A DNA stretch of 64,000 bases from Candidatus Latescibacterota bacterium (GTDB taxonomy: Bacteria; Latescibacterota; UBA2968; GCA-2709665). Shown piece by piece: positions 1 through 8,664 of the stretch (the first letter of the stretch is position 1; each line of letters opens with the position of its first letter). The notes below the pieces were generated by a model. That model had not been told where the DNA came from. It saw only the letters and a program-made list of their open reading frames with translations, and did no database searches. The stretch spans positions 160,001-224,000 of the forward strand of contig CAXXXF010000014.1 of NCBI GenBank assembly GCA_963667175.2, in the 5' to 3' direction. A program made the position numbers and the translations under genes.

Positions 1-622
1 GTCGGGCGTCTCCCTCCGCCGCGCCCGCAATCGCCTCCAAGGCATCGGCGTCGGCGCTGACGTCCGGCAGCCCCCGCCCGTCGCCGGCAAGCGCTGCGTC
101 CAGGATATCGCATATTGCAGGGATATCCAGCAGATTCAGTACGAACACCTGTGTGCGCGAAAGCAATGCCGCGTTCACCTCGAATGACGGGTTTTCAGTC
201 GTGGCGCCGATCAGACTGATGGTACCGTCTTCGACGTGCGGCAGAAACGCGTCCTGTTGCGCCCGATTGAACCGGTGAATCTCGTCGATGAACAGGGTGG
301 TCCGCCTCCCCGTCCTGCGCTCCCCCTTTGCGCGGGCAACGATTTCCCGCACCTCTTTCACCCCGGAGGTTACCGCGCTGAACGCCACGAACCGGCTTTT
401 CGTGGACTCGGCTACAAGACGCGCGAGCGTGGTCTTTCCCGATCCGGGCGGTCCCCAGAAGATCATCGACGGCGCCCGGTCGTCTTCGATCAACTTGCGA
501 AACGGCGCCCCCGCCGCCGTGAGATGATCCTGTCCGCGGACCTCGTCCAGGCAGCGCGGCCTCATGCGGTCCGCAAGCGGCGCCTCCGGTTCGAGCGCAG
601 CGAACAGATCATCCCCACCCAT
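1..622 (-). CDS. rarA: Replication-associated recombination protein A (RarA/MgsA AAA+ ATPase), runs off the window start
   Basis: Manual translation from ATG at 622: MGGDDLFAALEPEAPLADRMRP..., Walker A GPPGSGKTT, LFIDEIHRFNRAQQDAFLPHVEDG, GATTENPSFEVNAALLSR. Not in the ORF track because it is open-ended. Confidence 0.95.
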   Translation of the reverse strand, partial: MGGDDLFAALEPEAPLADRMRPRCLDEVRGQDHLTAAGAPFRKLIEDDRAPSMIFWGPPGSGKTTLARLVAESTKSRFVAFSAVTSGVKEVREIVARAKGERRTGRRTTLFIDEIHRFNRAQQDAFLPHVEDGTISLIGATTENPSFEVNAALLSRTQVFVLNLLDIPAICDILDAALAGDGRGLPDVSADADALEAIAGAAEGDAR

Positions 623-893
623 AGCTTCTCCTCGGCCGGGCCGACAGCGACTTCAGCTTTCGCACCAGGACCCTCTCGTTGACACGGAAAGCGAACAACT
701 CTTCGCCGTTCACCTGTACGACGGGAACCCGTTCGCTGTATCGCGCGGCCAGTTCAGGATCGCTGTCGACGTCGACGATCTCCAGCCGAAACGCGACACG
801 CCTTCCGGCCGACTCGATGCGCCCTTTCGCGACGTCGCACAGATGGCAGTCGTTTCTGGATAGGAGCCGGACCACGGGAAGGGTTTCGGACAT
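609..893 (-). CDS. Glutaredoxin-like protein (DUF836 type)
   Basis: From ATG 893: MSETLPVVRLLSRNDCHLCD (CxxC), YSERVPVV cis-Pro motif; overlaps the rarA start. Confidence 0.85.
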   Translation of the reverse strand: MSETLPVVRLLSRNDCHLCDVAKGRIESAGRRVAFRLEIVDVDSDPELAARYSERVPVVQVNGEELFAFRVNERVLVRKLKSLSARPRRSYGWG

Positions 894-1197
894 CGGCTGT
901 GACCACGTGCCGGCCAGTTCGGACACGGTTGAAGACGGACGGAAGGGATGGTACCACGATCGACGCAATCTGCTGAAAGTTAACCCGAAAGCCGATACGG
1001 GTCAAGCGGAACAGTCGCGTGAATCCCGGCCCTGATTTCTCTTGTTCCCCATTGAATAAGCCATATCTTGATTCGCCACCGGGCCCGTCTCCGCCGCCGT
1101 CGAAGGCCTCGCGGAGACGCGTGACAACCCGTGAGGAGCGCCCGGCGAACGGACCGCCCGGCAACCGCGTTCGGAGGTTTCCCGAAGGAAAACAGAA

Positions 1198-3357
1198 ATG
1201 GGCGAAGCGGAAATTCGCGAGCGTTACGGATGGGCGGAAATCTGCCCGGACCGCCCGGTGACGGCCGGCGCAACCGGCACGTGGCGTATCGTCTATCACG
1301 CCGGCCGCTACGGCGTGGATGACGGCGGAGTCATTAAGATCGCGTGGCGTGACGTCAGCGACTGGGAAGCGCCCCGGTTCGACCATCCGGCCGCGCCGGG
1401 GTACGCCTCGGTATCCACCACGGGACCCGCGTCACTCCGCCCCGCCTTTGAAAAACAACGCTACGTGCGGCCGTGGCGCCGGTGCGTCACCATCGACGTC
1501 TTCGACGACTCGCTTGCCGAAGGCGACACGGTCACCCTTATCCTGGGAGACACCTCGGGGGGATCGCCGGGCATCCGCGCGCAGACCTTCTGCAAGGACC
1601 GGTTTGAGTTTCGCGTAGCCGTCGACTGGTGCGGCGCCTGGGTCTACGTGGACGTGCCTTCGCCCGCCGTACCGATCGTCAGCGGCGCCCCCCGCAAGCT
1701 TGTCGCGGTCTGCGCCTCGGAAACCGCGCCCGGCGAATCCGCCTGGGTGGGAATAAAGGCGGAGGACGCGTGGGGGAACCCGTGCCGGGACTACACCGGG
1801 GAGGTCGAGGTGGATGCCGACGGCCTTGCCGGGCTCCCGGAGACGTTCCGCTTCTGCCCGGAGGATCGGGGAACCCGCCGGTTCGACGACGTCCGCGCCC
1901 CCGGACGCGGCATCTTTCGCATCGGCGTTTCCGACGGGCGGCTGGGCCTGAAAGCCGTAAGCAATCCGCTGCGGTGCGTCGAAAACGGGACGGGGCGCCG
2001 TCCATTCTGGGGCGACCTGCACGGACAGAGCGAAGAGACCGTGGGAACCAACCCGGTAGCGTCGTACTTTCGCTTCGCGCGGGAGTCGGCCTTCGTCGAC
2101 TTCGCGGGACATCAGGGGAACGATTTTCAGATCACCGAAGCCGTCTGGGAGGAAATCAAACGTCAGGCCAATACGCAGAACGATTCCGGGCGGTTTGTCA
2201 CGTTCGTCGGGTACGAATGGTCGGGAAACACCCCGGTCGGCGGCGATCACAACGTGTATTTCCCCGGCGACACCGGTCCCCTCCATCGCTCCAGCCACGT
2301 CCTGATTCCGGACAAATCCGACGCCCATACGGATTGCCTGCACGTAACGGACCTTTACGGGGCGATGAAGGGAAGAGACGTCCTGCTCGTGCCGCACGTG
2401 GGCGGCCGATACGCCGATCTGGACTGGCACGACCCCGAGCTCGAGCGACTGGTCGAGGTCTACTCCGAATGGGGGGAATTCGAATGGTTCCTCAGGTGGG
2501 CCCTCGAAAACGGCTATCGGGTGGGGTTCACCGCCGGAAGCGACGACCACAAGGGCAGGCCCGGCGCCGCGTACCCCGGCAGCGGCTCGTTCGGCGTGTA
2601 TGGCGGGCTCACGTGCGTCTTCGCAACCGAACTCACCCGGGGCGGGCTGTGGAAGGCGCTGAAAGCCCGGCGCTGTTACGGTACCACGGGTCAGCGGATC
2701 CTCGTGAACGTCACCGCCGACGGACACCCGATGGGCTCGGACCTGAAGGCGTCGGTACCGCCGGAAGTCGCGGTCGACGTGATCGGCACGGCGCCCATCG
2801 AACGCGTGGAGATATTCAGAGGACTGAAGCGGGTATACCACTACCCCGAGACCATACCCCGGTCGCGAGATCGAATCCGCATTGCCTGGTCGGGGCAGCG
2901 CATCCGTGCGCGAAATCGCCTGGTTCGCTGGGACGGCGGCCTCACCCTTACGCAGGGCAGGATACGCGACGCCGAAGGATATGCCTTCGATTCGGCTTCA
3001 GAGGGTATTACCAGTGTATCCGACCATTCCGTGACCTGGAAATCCGTCACCACCGGTGATGCCGACGGAGTCATACTCAGCGTCGACGGTCCGCCCCGGG
3101 CAGCCATCGACTTCAGGACGAACGTCGTGTCCCATACCGTCACGCTCGGGGAACTCGCGGAGGGACCTGTCCGGATTCCCGCGGGCGGAATCGATATTGC
3201 CGTTGTCTTCGAGCAGGCGCCGGCAAACGCCGGACTGGAAGCAGCCTTCACCTGGCGAGAGCCCGAACTCCAGGACGGCTGCCATCCCTACTGGGTCAGG
3301 GTGACCCAGACCGATGGCGCCAAAGCCTGGACGAGTCCCATCTACGTTAGCACGTAA
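1198..3357 (+). CDS. DUF3604 / PHP-like metallohydrolase domain protein
   Basis: 719 aa; WGDLHGQS, GYEWS, GDHNV, GFTAGSDDHKG, RRCYGTTG and C-terminal AWTSPIYV are typical of this family. Confidence 0.8.
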   Translation: MGEAEIRERYGWAEICPDRPVTAGATGTWRIVYHAGRYGVDDGGVIKIAWRDVSDWEAPRFDHPAAPGYASVSTTGPASLRPAFEKQRYVRPWRRCVTIDVFDDSLAEGDTVTLILGDTSGGSPGIRAQTFCKDRFEFRVAVDWCGAWVYVDVPSPAVPIVSGAPRKLVAVCASETAPGESAWVGIKAEDAWGNPCRDYTGEVEVDADGLAGLPETFRFCPEDRGTRRFDDVRAPGRGIFRIGVSDGRLGLKAVSNPLRCVENGTGRRPFWGDLHGQSEETVGTNPVASYFRFARESAFVDFAGHQGNDFQITEAVWEEIKRQANTQNDSGRFVTFVGYEWSGNTPVGGDHNVYFPGDTGPLHRSSHVLIPDKSDAHTDCLHVTDLYGAMKGRDVLLVPHVGGRYADLDWHDPELERLVEVYSEWGEFEWFLRWALENGYRVGFTAGSDDHKGRPGAAYPGSGSFGVYGGLTCVFATELTRGGLWKALKARRCYGTTGQRILVNVTADGHPMGSDLKASVPPEVAVDVIGTAPIERVEIFRGLKRVYHYPETIPRSRDRIRIAWSGQRIRARNRLVRWDGGLTLTQGRIRDAEGYAFDSASEGITSVSDHSVTWKSVTTGDADGVILSVDGPPRAAIDFRTNVVSHTVTLGELAEGPVRIPAGGIDIAVVFEQAPANAGLEAAFTWREPELQDGCHPYWVRVTQTDGAKAWTSPIYVST

Positions 3358-3395
3358 ACGGGTCCACCGAAAAACGCCAAATGATAAAAAAACCC

Positions 3396-3424
3396 TTGAC
3401 CTGCACAGGGCAGGCTTATATTAT
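3396..3424 (+). promoter_or_regulatory. Sigma70-type promoter for ggt
   Basis: TTGACC-17 bp-TATTAT with an A-tract upstream. Confidence 0.7.
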
Positions 3425-3525
3425 CGAACCCCGGCTCGCGCCGTAGACCCTGGCGCCCCTTTGCCCGGGGTGTATCGAACCTGTCTGTGCGTGGATTTCG
3501 AGCGAATGAAGGAGGGCCGTCATCA

Positions 3526-5115
3526 GTGTCAGCCAAGTTTGAGGAAGCCGCTGTCGTCGGGCAGCCGGAAGCCGATGCCGCGGCCGTCAACATATTGAAA
3601 AAAGGAGGCAATGCAGTTGATGCAGCCGTCACCGCCGCCCTGCTCGCCTGCGTGGTGACGCCGCACCACACCGGAATCGGCGGCTACGGCGGGGCCCTCA
3701 TGGTCTATATGAACGGTGAAGTCGGGTGCGTCGACTTCAATACCGTCGCGCCCGGCGCCGCTACCGGAAGGATGTTCCAGGTTGCCCGCTCCGACGGGCG
3801 CTTCGGGTCGCTGGTCAGGAACCGGGCCAACGAGATCGGCTGCCTTGCGGTCTCCGTTCCCGGCGTACTCGCCGGACTGGCTGCGGCGCTTGAAAAATAC
3901 GGGAAGATTCCGCTGGATCAGGCGCTTGCTCCCGCCATTCGGGCATGCAATAACGGCTTTCGGGTTTCGCCCGAGTACGCAGACGCCGTCGCGGAGAATG
4001 AAAAGCGCATCCGCGCGTCGCGGGATACCGAACGTCTGCTGATGGTCGACGGTTCATTGCCCACCACCAGGGACAGGGCAGCCAATCCGAATCTGGGCCG
4101 GATCCTCGAACAGGTCGCGAAAAACGGCGTCGATGAGTTCTACCGGGGAAGAATCGCGGGACGAATTGTCAAATATATCCGGGAAAACGGCGGCATACTG
4201 ACGGAAGACGACTTCGCGGACTTCCGGGCCCGCCACGTCGAACCCGCCCGCGCGTCCTGCCTCGGTTTCGATCTCTACACCGCGCCACTGTGTTCCAGCG
4301 GCCTTACGGTACTGCAGATGTGCCGCGTTGCGGAAGTTGCCGAACTGGACCTCTGGGCCCGCGACGCCGCACGCCTTGCCCACGGCCTGACCGAAACCAT
4401 CCGCGCCGCATGGCTGGACCGCTACCGATATTTCGGCGACCCCGCATTTGTCAACGTACCCCTCGAAACCCTGACTTCCGACGTCCAGATCGGTGCGACG
4501 GGGCGCGAAATCGCGGAGCACGTGTCGGAGGGAACGCGCGGGCAGGCACTCCTGCGCCCGCTTTCGTACGGCGGCACGACCCACGTCTCTATTGTGGACC
4601 GCGACCGGAACATGGCTTCCCTGACCCTGACCCACGGACCGGGTTTCGGTTCATTTGTCACCGTACCCAGAATGGGGCTTATCATGAACGCCGGCATGTC
4701 CCGCTTCGATCCCGGCTCGGGACTGCCCAATTCGGTGGACGCGGGCAAGTCGCCCGTCAACAACATGTGCCCCATGCTCATCCTCAGCGACGGGGAGCCG
4801 GTGATGACGCTCGGTGCGTCGGGAGGAACCCGCATTCCTTCCTCGCTGTTTCAGGTGCTCGCAAGGCGACTGGTGCTCGACGAGGACCTCGACTGGGCGG
4901 TCAGCGCGCCAAGAGTACACTCCGAGGGCAACGAATGGGTCGCCGTTGAAGAAGGGTTTGGAGAAATCGCGCCCGACTACCTGAAGTCGGAGGTCAAATA
5001 CACACTGGGCAGGGGGAGTGCGGCCGCCAACGTACGGGCCATCGAAATCACCGAGGACAACGAGCTTCTCGCCACTCTCGATCCCAGAATCCGGGGGAAG
5101 GAGAAAGGGCTCTGA
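3526..5115 (+). CDS. ggt: Gamma-glutamyltransferase family protein
   Basis: GGNAVDAAV, GIGGYGG, VSVPG, nucleophile motif TTHVSIVD, GASGGTRI, DPR near the C-terminus; GTG start at 3526 follows AAGGAGG. Confidence 0.9.
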   Translation: MSAKFEEAAVVGQPEADAAAVNILKKGGNAVDAAVTAALLACVVTPHHTGIGGYGGALMVYMNGEVGCVDFNTVAPGAATGRMFQVARSDGRFGSLVRNRANEIGCLAVSVPGVLAGLAAALEKYGKIPLDQALAPAIRACNNGFRVSPEYADAVAENEKRIRASRDTERLLMVDGSLPTTRDRAANPNLGRILEQVAKNGVDEFYRGRIAGRIVKYIRENGGILTEDDFADFRARHVEPARASCLGFDLYTAPLCSSGLTVLQMCRVAEVAELDLWARDAARLAHGLTETIRAAWLDRYRYFGDPAFVNVPLETLTSDVQIGATGREIAEHVSEGTRGQALLRPLSYGGTTHVSIVDRDRNMASLTLTHGPGFGSFVTVPRMGLIMNAGMSRFDPGSGLPNSVDAGKSPVNNMCPMLILSDGEPVMTLGASGGTRIPSSLFQVLARRLVLDEDLDWAVSAPRVHSEGNEWVAVEEGFGEIAPDYLKSEVKYTLGRGSAAANVRAIEITEDNELLATLDPRIRGKEKGL

Positions 5116-5239
5116 GGCGCTCGCGACTATCCGTCATCCGGCCCGGCCACCGATGCCGGCGCCGGTGGATTCCACGAGCGACCTGAACGTCCGCAAAGAT
5201 TCATTATAAATAACTGGAAAATAAGGATATATTTACGGA

Positions 5240-6364
5240 GTGAAGACGTACCCCTTTGGCAGCGGCCGTCCCGATCCGGCCTCCTTTCCCAATCGGGGCC
5301 TGGCGGATGCGGCCCTGCGCATTCTGCCGGAGCTGGGCGACGAACTGGCGTCTTATCCCGGTTTGCTCGGGTACGAGCCGCTCAGGAAACTGATGGCTCA
5401 ACGGTTCGCGCGCCGGGAAGGCGTCGTCCTGCCCGTCGATCAAATCGCACTCACCACGGGCTCCATGCAGGCGGTAACGCTCGTGGCTCAGGAATTCGTC
5501 GAGTCGCCCGGCGACGTGATCGTGCTCGAGGAATACTCGTACTCGGGCACCCTGAGCGCCTACCGCAAGGAGGGGGCCGAACTCGTCGGCGTCCCGCTCG
5601 ACGAACACGGCATGCGGATGGACGCCCTCGAGCGTACCCTCGACAAGCTGGTGTACCGGAACAGAAAACCGAAATTCATCTACACGCTGGCAACCTACCA
5701 GAACCCCACGGGATCGATCATGCCGGTCGATCGACGCCGGGAACTTCTGGACATTGCGGGCCGTTACGGGATACCGGTGGTTGAAGACCACTGTTACGCC
5801 GACACCGTCTACGAAGACCGCCACGAACCCGCCCTGTGGACACTCGAACGTGATACGCCGGTGATTCACATAGAGTCTCTGTCCAAAATCCTTGGGCCCG
5901 GTGTCCGTCTCGGCTATCTCGCGGCGCCCCGACGTCTGCTCGACCGGATTCTCCAGTACCGGCGCGACGGAGGAGCCAGTGCGCTCAGCGCGGCCATCGT
6001 CTGCGAATATTTCAGAGAAGAACTCTGGTCGCACGTGGACAGAATCAACGCCATCGTCCGGAAGAAACGCGATCTGATGTTCGACATGCTCTCGCGTTTT
6101 CCGGACGCATTCGAGTGGTTCAGCCGTCCCAGCGGCGGTCTGTTCATCTGGGTCAAGCTGCCCGACGCCACCGATACCGTCGCATGTGAGCAGCTTGCCG
6201 AATCGATGGGAATCGACTACGCGACCGGCAAGGCATTCCACGTGTACAATATAGACGTGCCGTACATCAGACTTGCATTCGGCTTCGCAACGCACGACGA
6301 CATACGCGCCGGCATACCCGTACTGGCCGATTGCATTCGCAGAAGCCGCAAACTGCCGGGTTGA
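5240..6364 (+). CDS. PLP-dependent aminotransferase, class I/II (2-aminoadipate transaminase-like)
   Basis: YQNPTG, VEDHCY, SLSKILGPGVRLG, GGLFIW motifs. Confidence 0.9.
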   Translation: MKTYPFGSGRPDPASFPNRGLADAALRILPELGDELASYPGLLGYEPLRKLMAQRFARREGVVLPVDQIALTTGSMQAVTLVAQEFVESPGDVIVLEEYSYSGTLSAYRKEGAELVGVPLDEHGMRMDALERTLDKLVYRNRKPKFIYTLATYQNPTGSIMPVDRRRELLDIAGRYGIPVVEDHCYADTVYEDRHEPALWTLERDTPVIHIESLSKILGPGVRLGYLAAPRRLLDRILQYRRDGGASALSAAIVCEYFREELWSHVDRINAIVRKKRDLMFDMLSRFPDAFEWFSRPSGGLFIWVKLPDATDTVACEQLAESMGIDYATGKAFHVYNIDVPYIRLAFGFATHDDIRAGIPVLADCIRRSRKLPG

Positions 6365-6401
6365 ATGCATTCCTCGAGGCCACGTCGCAGGAGGCCCTGT
6401 C

Positions 6402-7196
6402 TTGAATACGAACGCAGCCGTGCCCCGGCCCGCGCCAATTCCGGGTGTCCGTCACCTGGTCGCCGTCGCCAGCGGCAAGGGCGGCGTGGGAAAATCCACC
6501 ACAGCCGCCAATCTTTGCGTTGCGCTGGCACGTCAGGGCGCCGCAGTGGGTCTCATGGACGCGGACATCTACGGCCCGAACGTTCCGATCATGATGGGCA
6601 TCGACGGAACGCCGGACATGGATCCGAACGGCGGGATTGTTCCCCTCGAACGCTACGGTGTCAAAATGATTTCCCTCGGTCTGATCACCGAAGCGGGCGC
6701 TCCGGTGATCTGGCGGGGTCCGATGCTGGCCAAAATGGTATTGCAATTCCTCCGGGACGTTGCGTGGGCGCCGCTGGACTTTCTCCTGATAGATCTGCCG
6801 CCCGGAACGGGCGACGTTCAGCTAACCCTGATTCAGTCCGCGCGCCTTGACGGCGCCGTCATTGTCACAACGCCGCAATCCGTGGCGCTCGAGGACGTGC
6901 GCCGCGGCATCCGGATGTTCAACACGGTGGACGTACCCGTTCTGGGTATCGTCGAAAACATGAGCGAATATATCTGCGGCAGGTGCAATACCCGGACCGA
7001 TATCTTCGGGCAGGGCGGCGGCAGAAAAATGGCCGCTGAATACGACGTGCCTCTGCTGGGCGAAATCCCGCTCGACACGCGGATACGCCGGGGCGGAGAT
7101 ACCGGCGCCCCCGTTTCGGCCGTCGATCCCGAATCCCGGATCTCCCGGCGTTACGCCGATATTGCGTCGAGCGTCAGAAAGGCCGTGGAGAGTTAG
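6402..7196 (+). CDS. mrp: Mrp/NBP35/ApbC Fe-S cluster carrier ATPase
   Basis: SGKGGVGKST, DADIYGP, IWRGPM, DLPPGTGD, GIVENMS, CxxC; TTG start at 6402 after AGGAGG. Confidence 0.92.
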   Translation: MNTNAAVPRPAPIPGVRHLVAVASGKGGVGKSTTAANLCVALARQGAAVGLMDADIYGPNVPIMMGIDGTPDMDPNGGIVPLERYGVKMISLGLITEAGAPVIWRGPMLAKMVLQFLRDVAWAPLDFLLIDLPPGTGDVQLTLIQSARLDGAVIVTTPQSVALEDVRRGIRMFNTVDVPVLGIVENMSEYICGRCNTRTDIFGQGGGRKMAAEYDVPLLGEIPLDTRIRRGGDTGAPVSAVDPESRISRRYADIASSVRKAVES

Positions 7197-7424
7197 CGCG
7201 TCGGACGTCCGTCCCATGAGGCTGGGCCGTCGAAAGAATGGCGGCCCATTGGCTTTTTTGCGAAACATCCGGCATCACTGAAGCGTCAAAGACGGCGGGA
7301 GATTTCACCCGAACCGGCATCGCATGAACCGGCGCCGTACCAGGCGAAGTTTCGGCGGCGATGCAGCCTCGCTGCCGCATGCCGCCGGGAGTGTCCACAC
7401 ATCGTCCGGAAGGATATACGGATA

Positions 7425-8618
7425 ATGGAAAGCCGCATCATAAGACGCTTTGGTTTACTGGCCGTGGTTTTCGCGTGCGGCGCACTCACCGGGTGCGGCG
7501 GCGAAAAAGCTGAGGGCGAGAGCAAGACCGGCGCCGCGGCCGACTCCGCAAAGACCGACTCGACGGCGACCGACACGACCAAAGCCGCAAAAGAGAAAGG
7601 AAAAAAGACGCCGGAAGGCGTTCCCGTAAAGGTGCATCGTGTTCAACGGGGCGCCATTTCCTCATACCTGCTCTACCATGCCAGGGTGGAGGCTGAAGAA
7701 ACCGTGGACGTTTACGCCCACGGAAACGGGCACGTCAAACGCGTGCTGGCCGAAGAAGGCGACCGGGTCCGGGTGGATCAGGTCCTCGTCCGCCTGGTCG
7801 ACGACGAACTCAAGCTCGCCGAAGCGGAAGCCAAAGTCGCGTACCTCAAGCTGGAGAACGACTTCAATCGTCAAAAGAAAATCTTCGACAAAAACCTGCT
7901 CTCCAAAGAAGAATACGAACGTAACGCGTTCGACCTGCAACAGGCCAAAATCCGGTGGCAGCGGGCCGAGCTGGATCTGGACCACGCCCTGGTTCGATCT
8001 CCGATAGCCGGCGTCGTGGCGGAACGGATCGTCAGATTGGGCGACCGTATCGGTCCTTCAACCAGGCTCTATGCCCTGGTCAATATGAACAGCCTGATCT
8101 CCAGAGCACACGTACCGGGAGGGGACCTGCCCAACGTCTCAGTCGGGCAGCCTGCGCGCATCACCACGAATCTCTTTCCCGATGTCAATTTCCCCGGGCG
8201 CATTATTCGCATCAGCCCCGTTGTCGATCCGAACAGCGGTACGTTCCGGGTAACGCTGGCGATCAACGACGCGAAGGAGAGGTTGCGGCCCGGAATGTTC
8301 GTCACGACCAGAATCGTCACGGCCACCCACGAAGAAGCATTGCTGGTGCCCAAACGCGCGATCGTCCACGATGACGGATATCCTCACGTTTTCGTGGTTC
8401 AGGACAGTACCGCACGCAAAATTCAGCTCGACCTGGGGTTTGAAGACACCCAGCACCAGGAGGTGCTCAGCGGCGTCTCGCAGGGGGACAGCATCGTGGT
8501 TGTCGGCCAGAACGGCCTCAAGGATCAGGCCCGGGTCCGGGTGATCGAAGGCACGGGCCTACGCATTCCGGCCACACCGGATACCACGGAGCAAGAGCCG
8601 CAGGAAACCACGGACTAA
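7425..8618 (+). CDS. RND efflux periplasmic adaptor (MFP) lipoprotein
   Basis: Lipobox LTGC, EGDRV, RSPIAGVV, LRPGMF, EVLSGV..GD motifs; directly upstream of the RND permease. Confidence 0.9.
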   Translation: MESRIIRRFGLLAVVFACGALTGCGGEKAEGESKTGAAADSAKTDSTATDTTKAAKEKGKKTPEGVPVKVHRVQRGAISSYLLYHARVEAEETVDVYAHGNGHVKRVLAEEGDRVRVDQVLVRLVDDELKLAEAEAKVAYLKLENDFNRQKKIFDKNLLSKEEYERNAFDLQQAKIRWQRAELDLDHALVRSPIAGVVAERIVRLGDRIGPSTRLYALVNMNSLISRAHVPGGDLPNVSVGQPARITTNLFPDVNFPGRIIRISPVVDPNSGTFRVTLAINDAKERLRPGMFVTTRIVTATHEEALLVPKRAIVHDDGYPHVFVVQDSTARKIQLDLGFEDTQHQEVLSGVSQGDSIVVVGQNGLKDQARVRVIEGTGLRIPATPDTTEQEPQETTD

Positions 8619-8664
8619 GCGGCGTCGACGCGCGGCGGCGCCGCTGATCGAGGACTCAGAAGGC

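Noticed and set aside
1140-1190. SAM-I riboswitch suggested by CCCGGCAACC
   Set aside because: The other conserved elements (TTATC/AGAG start, kink-turn, GGTGC, AGAT end) are missing.
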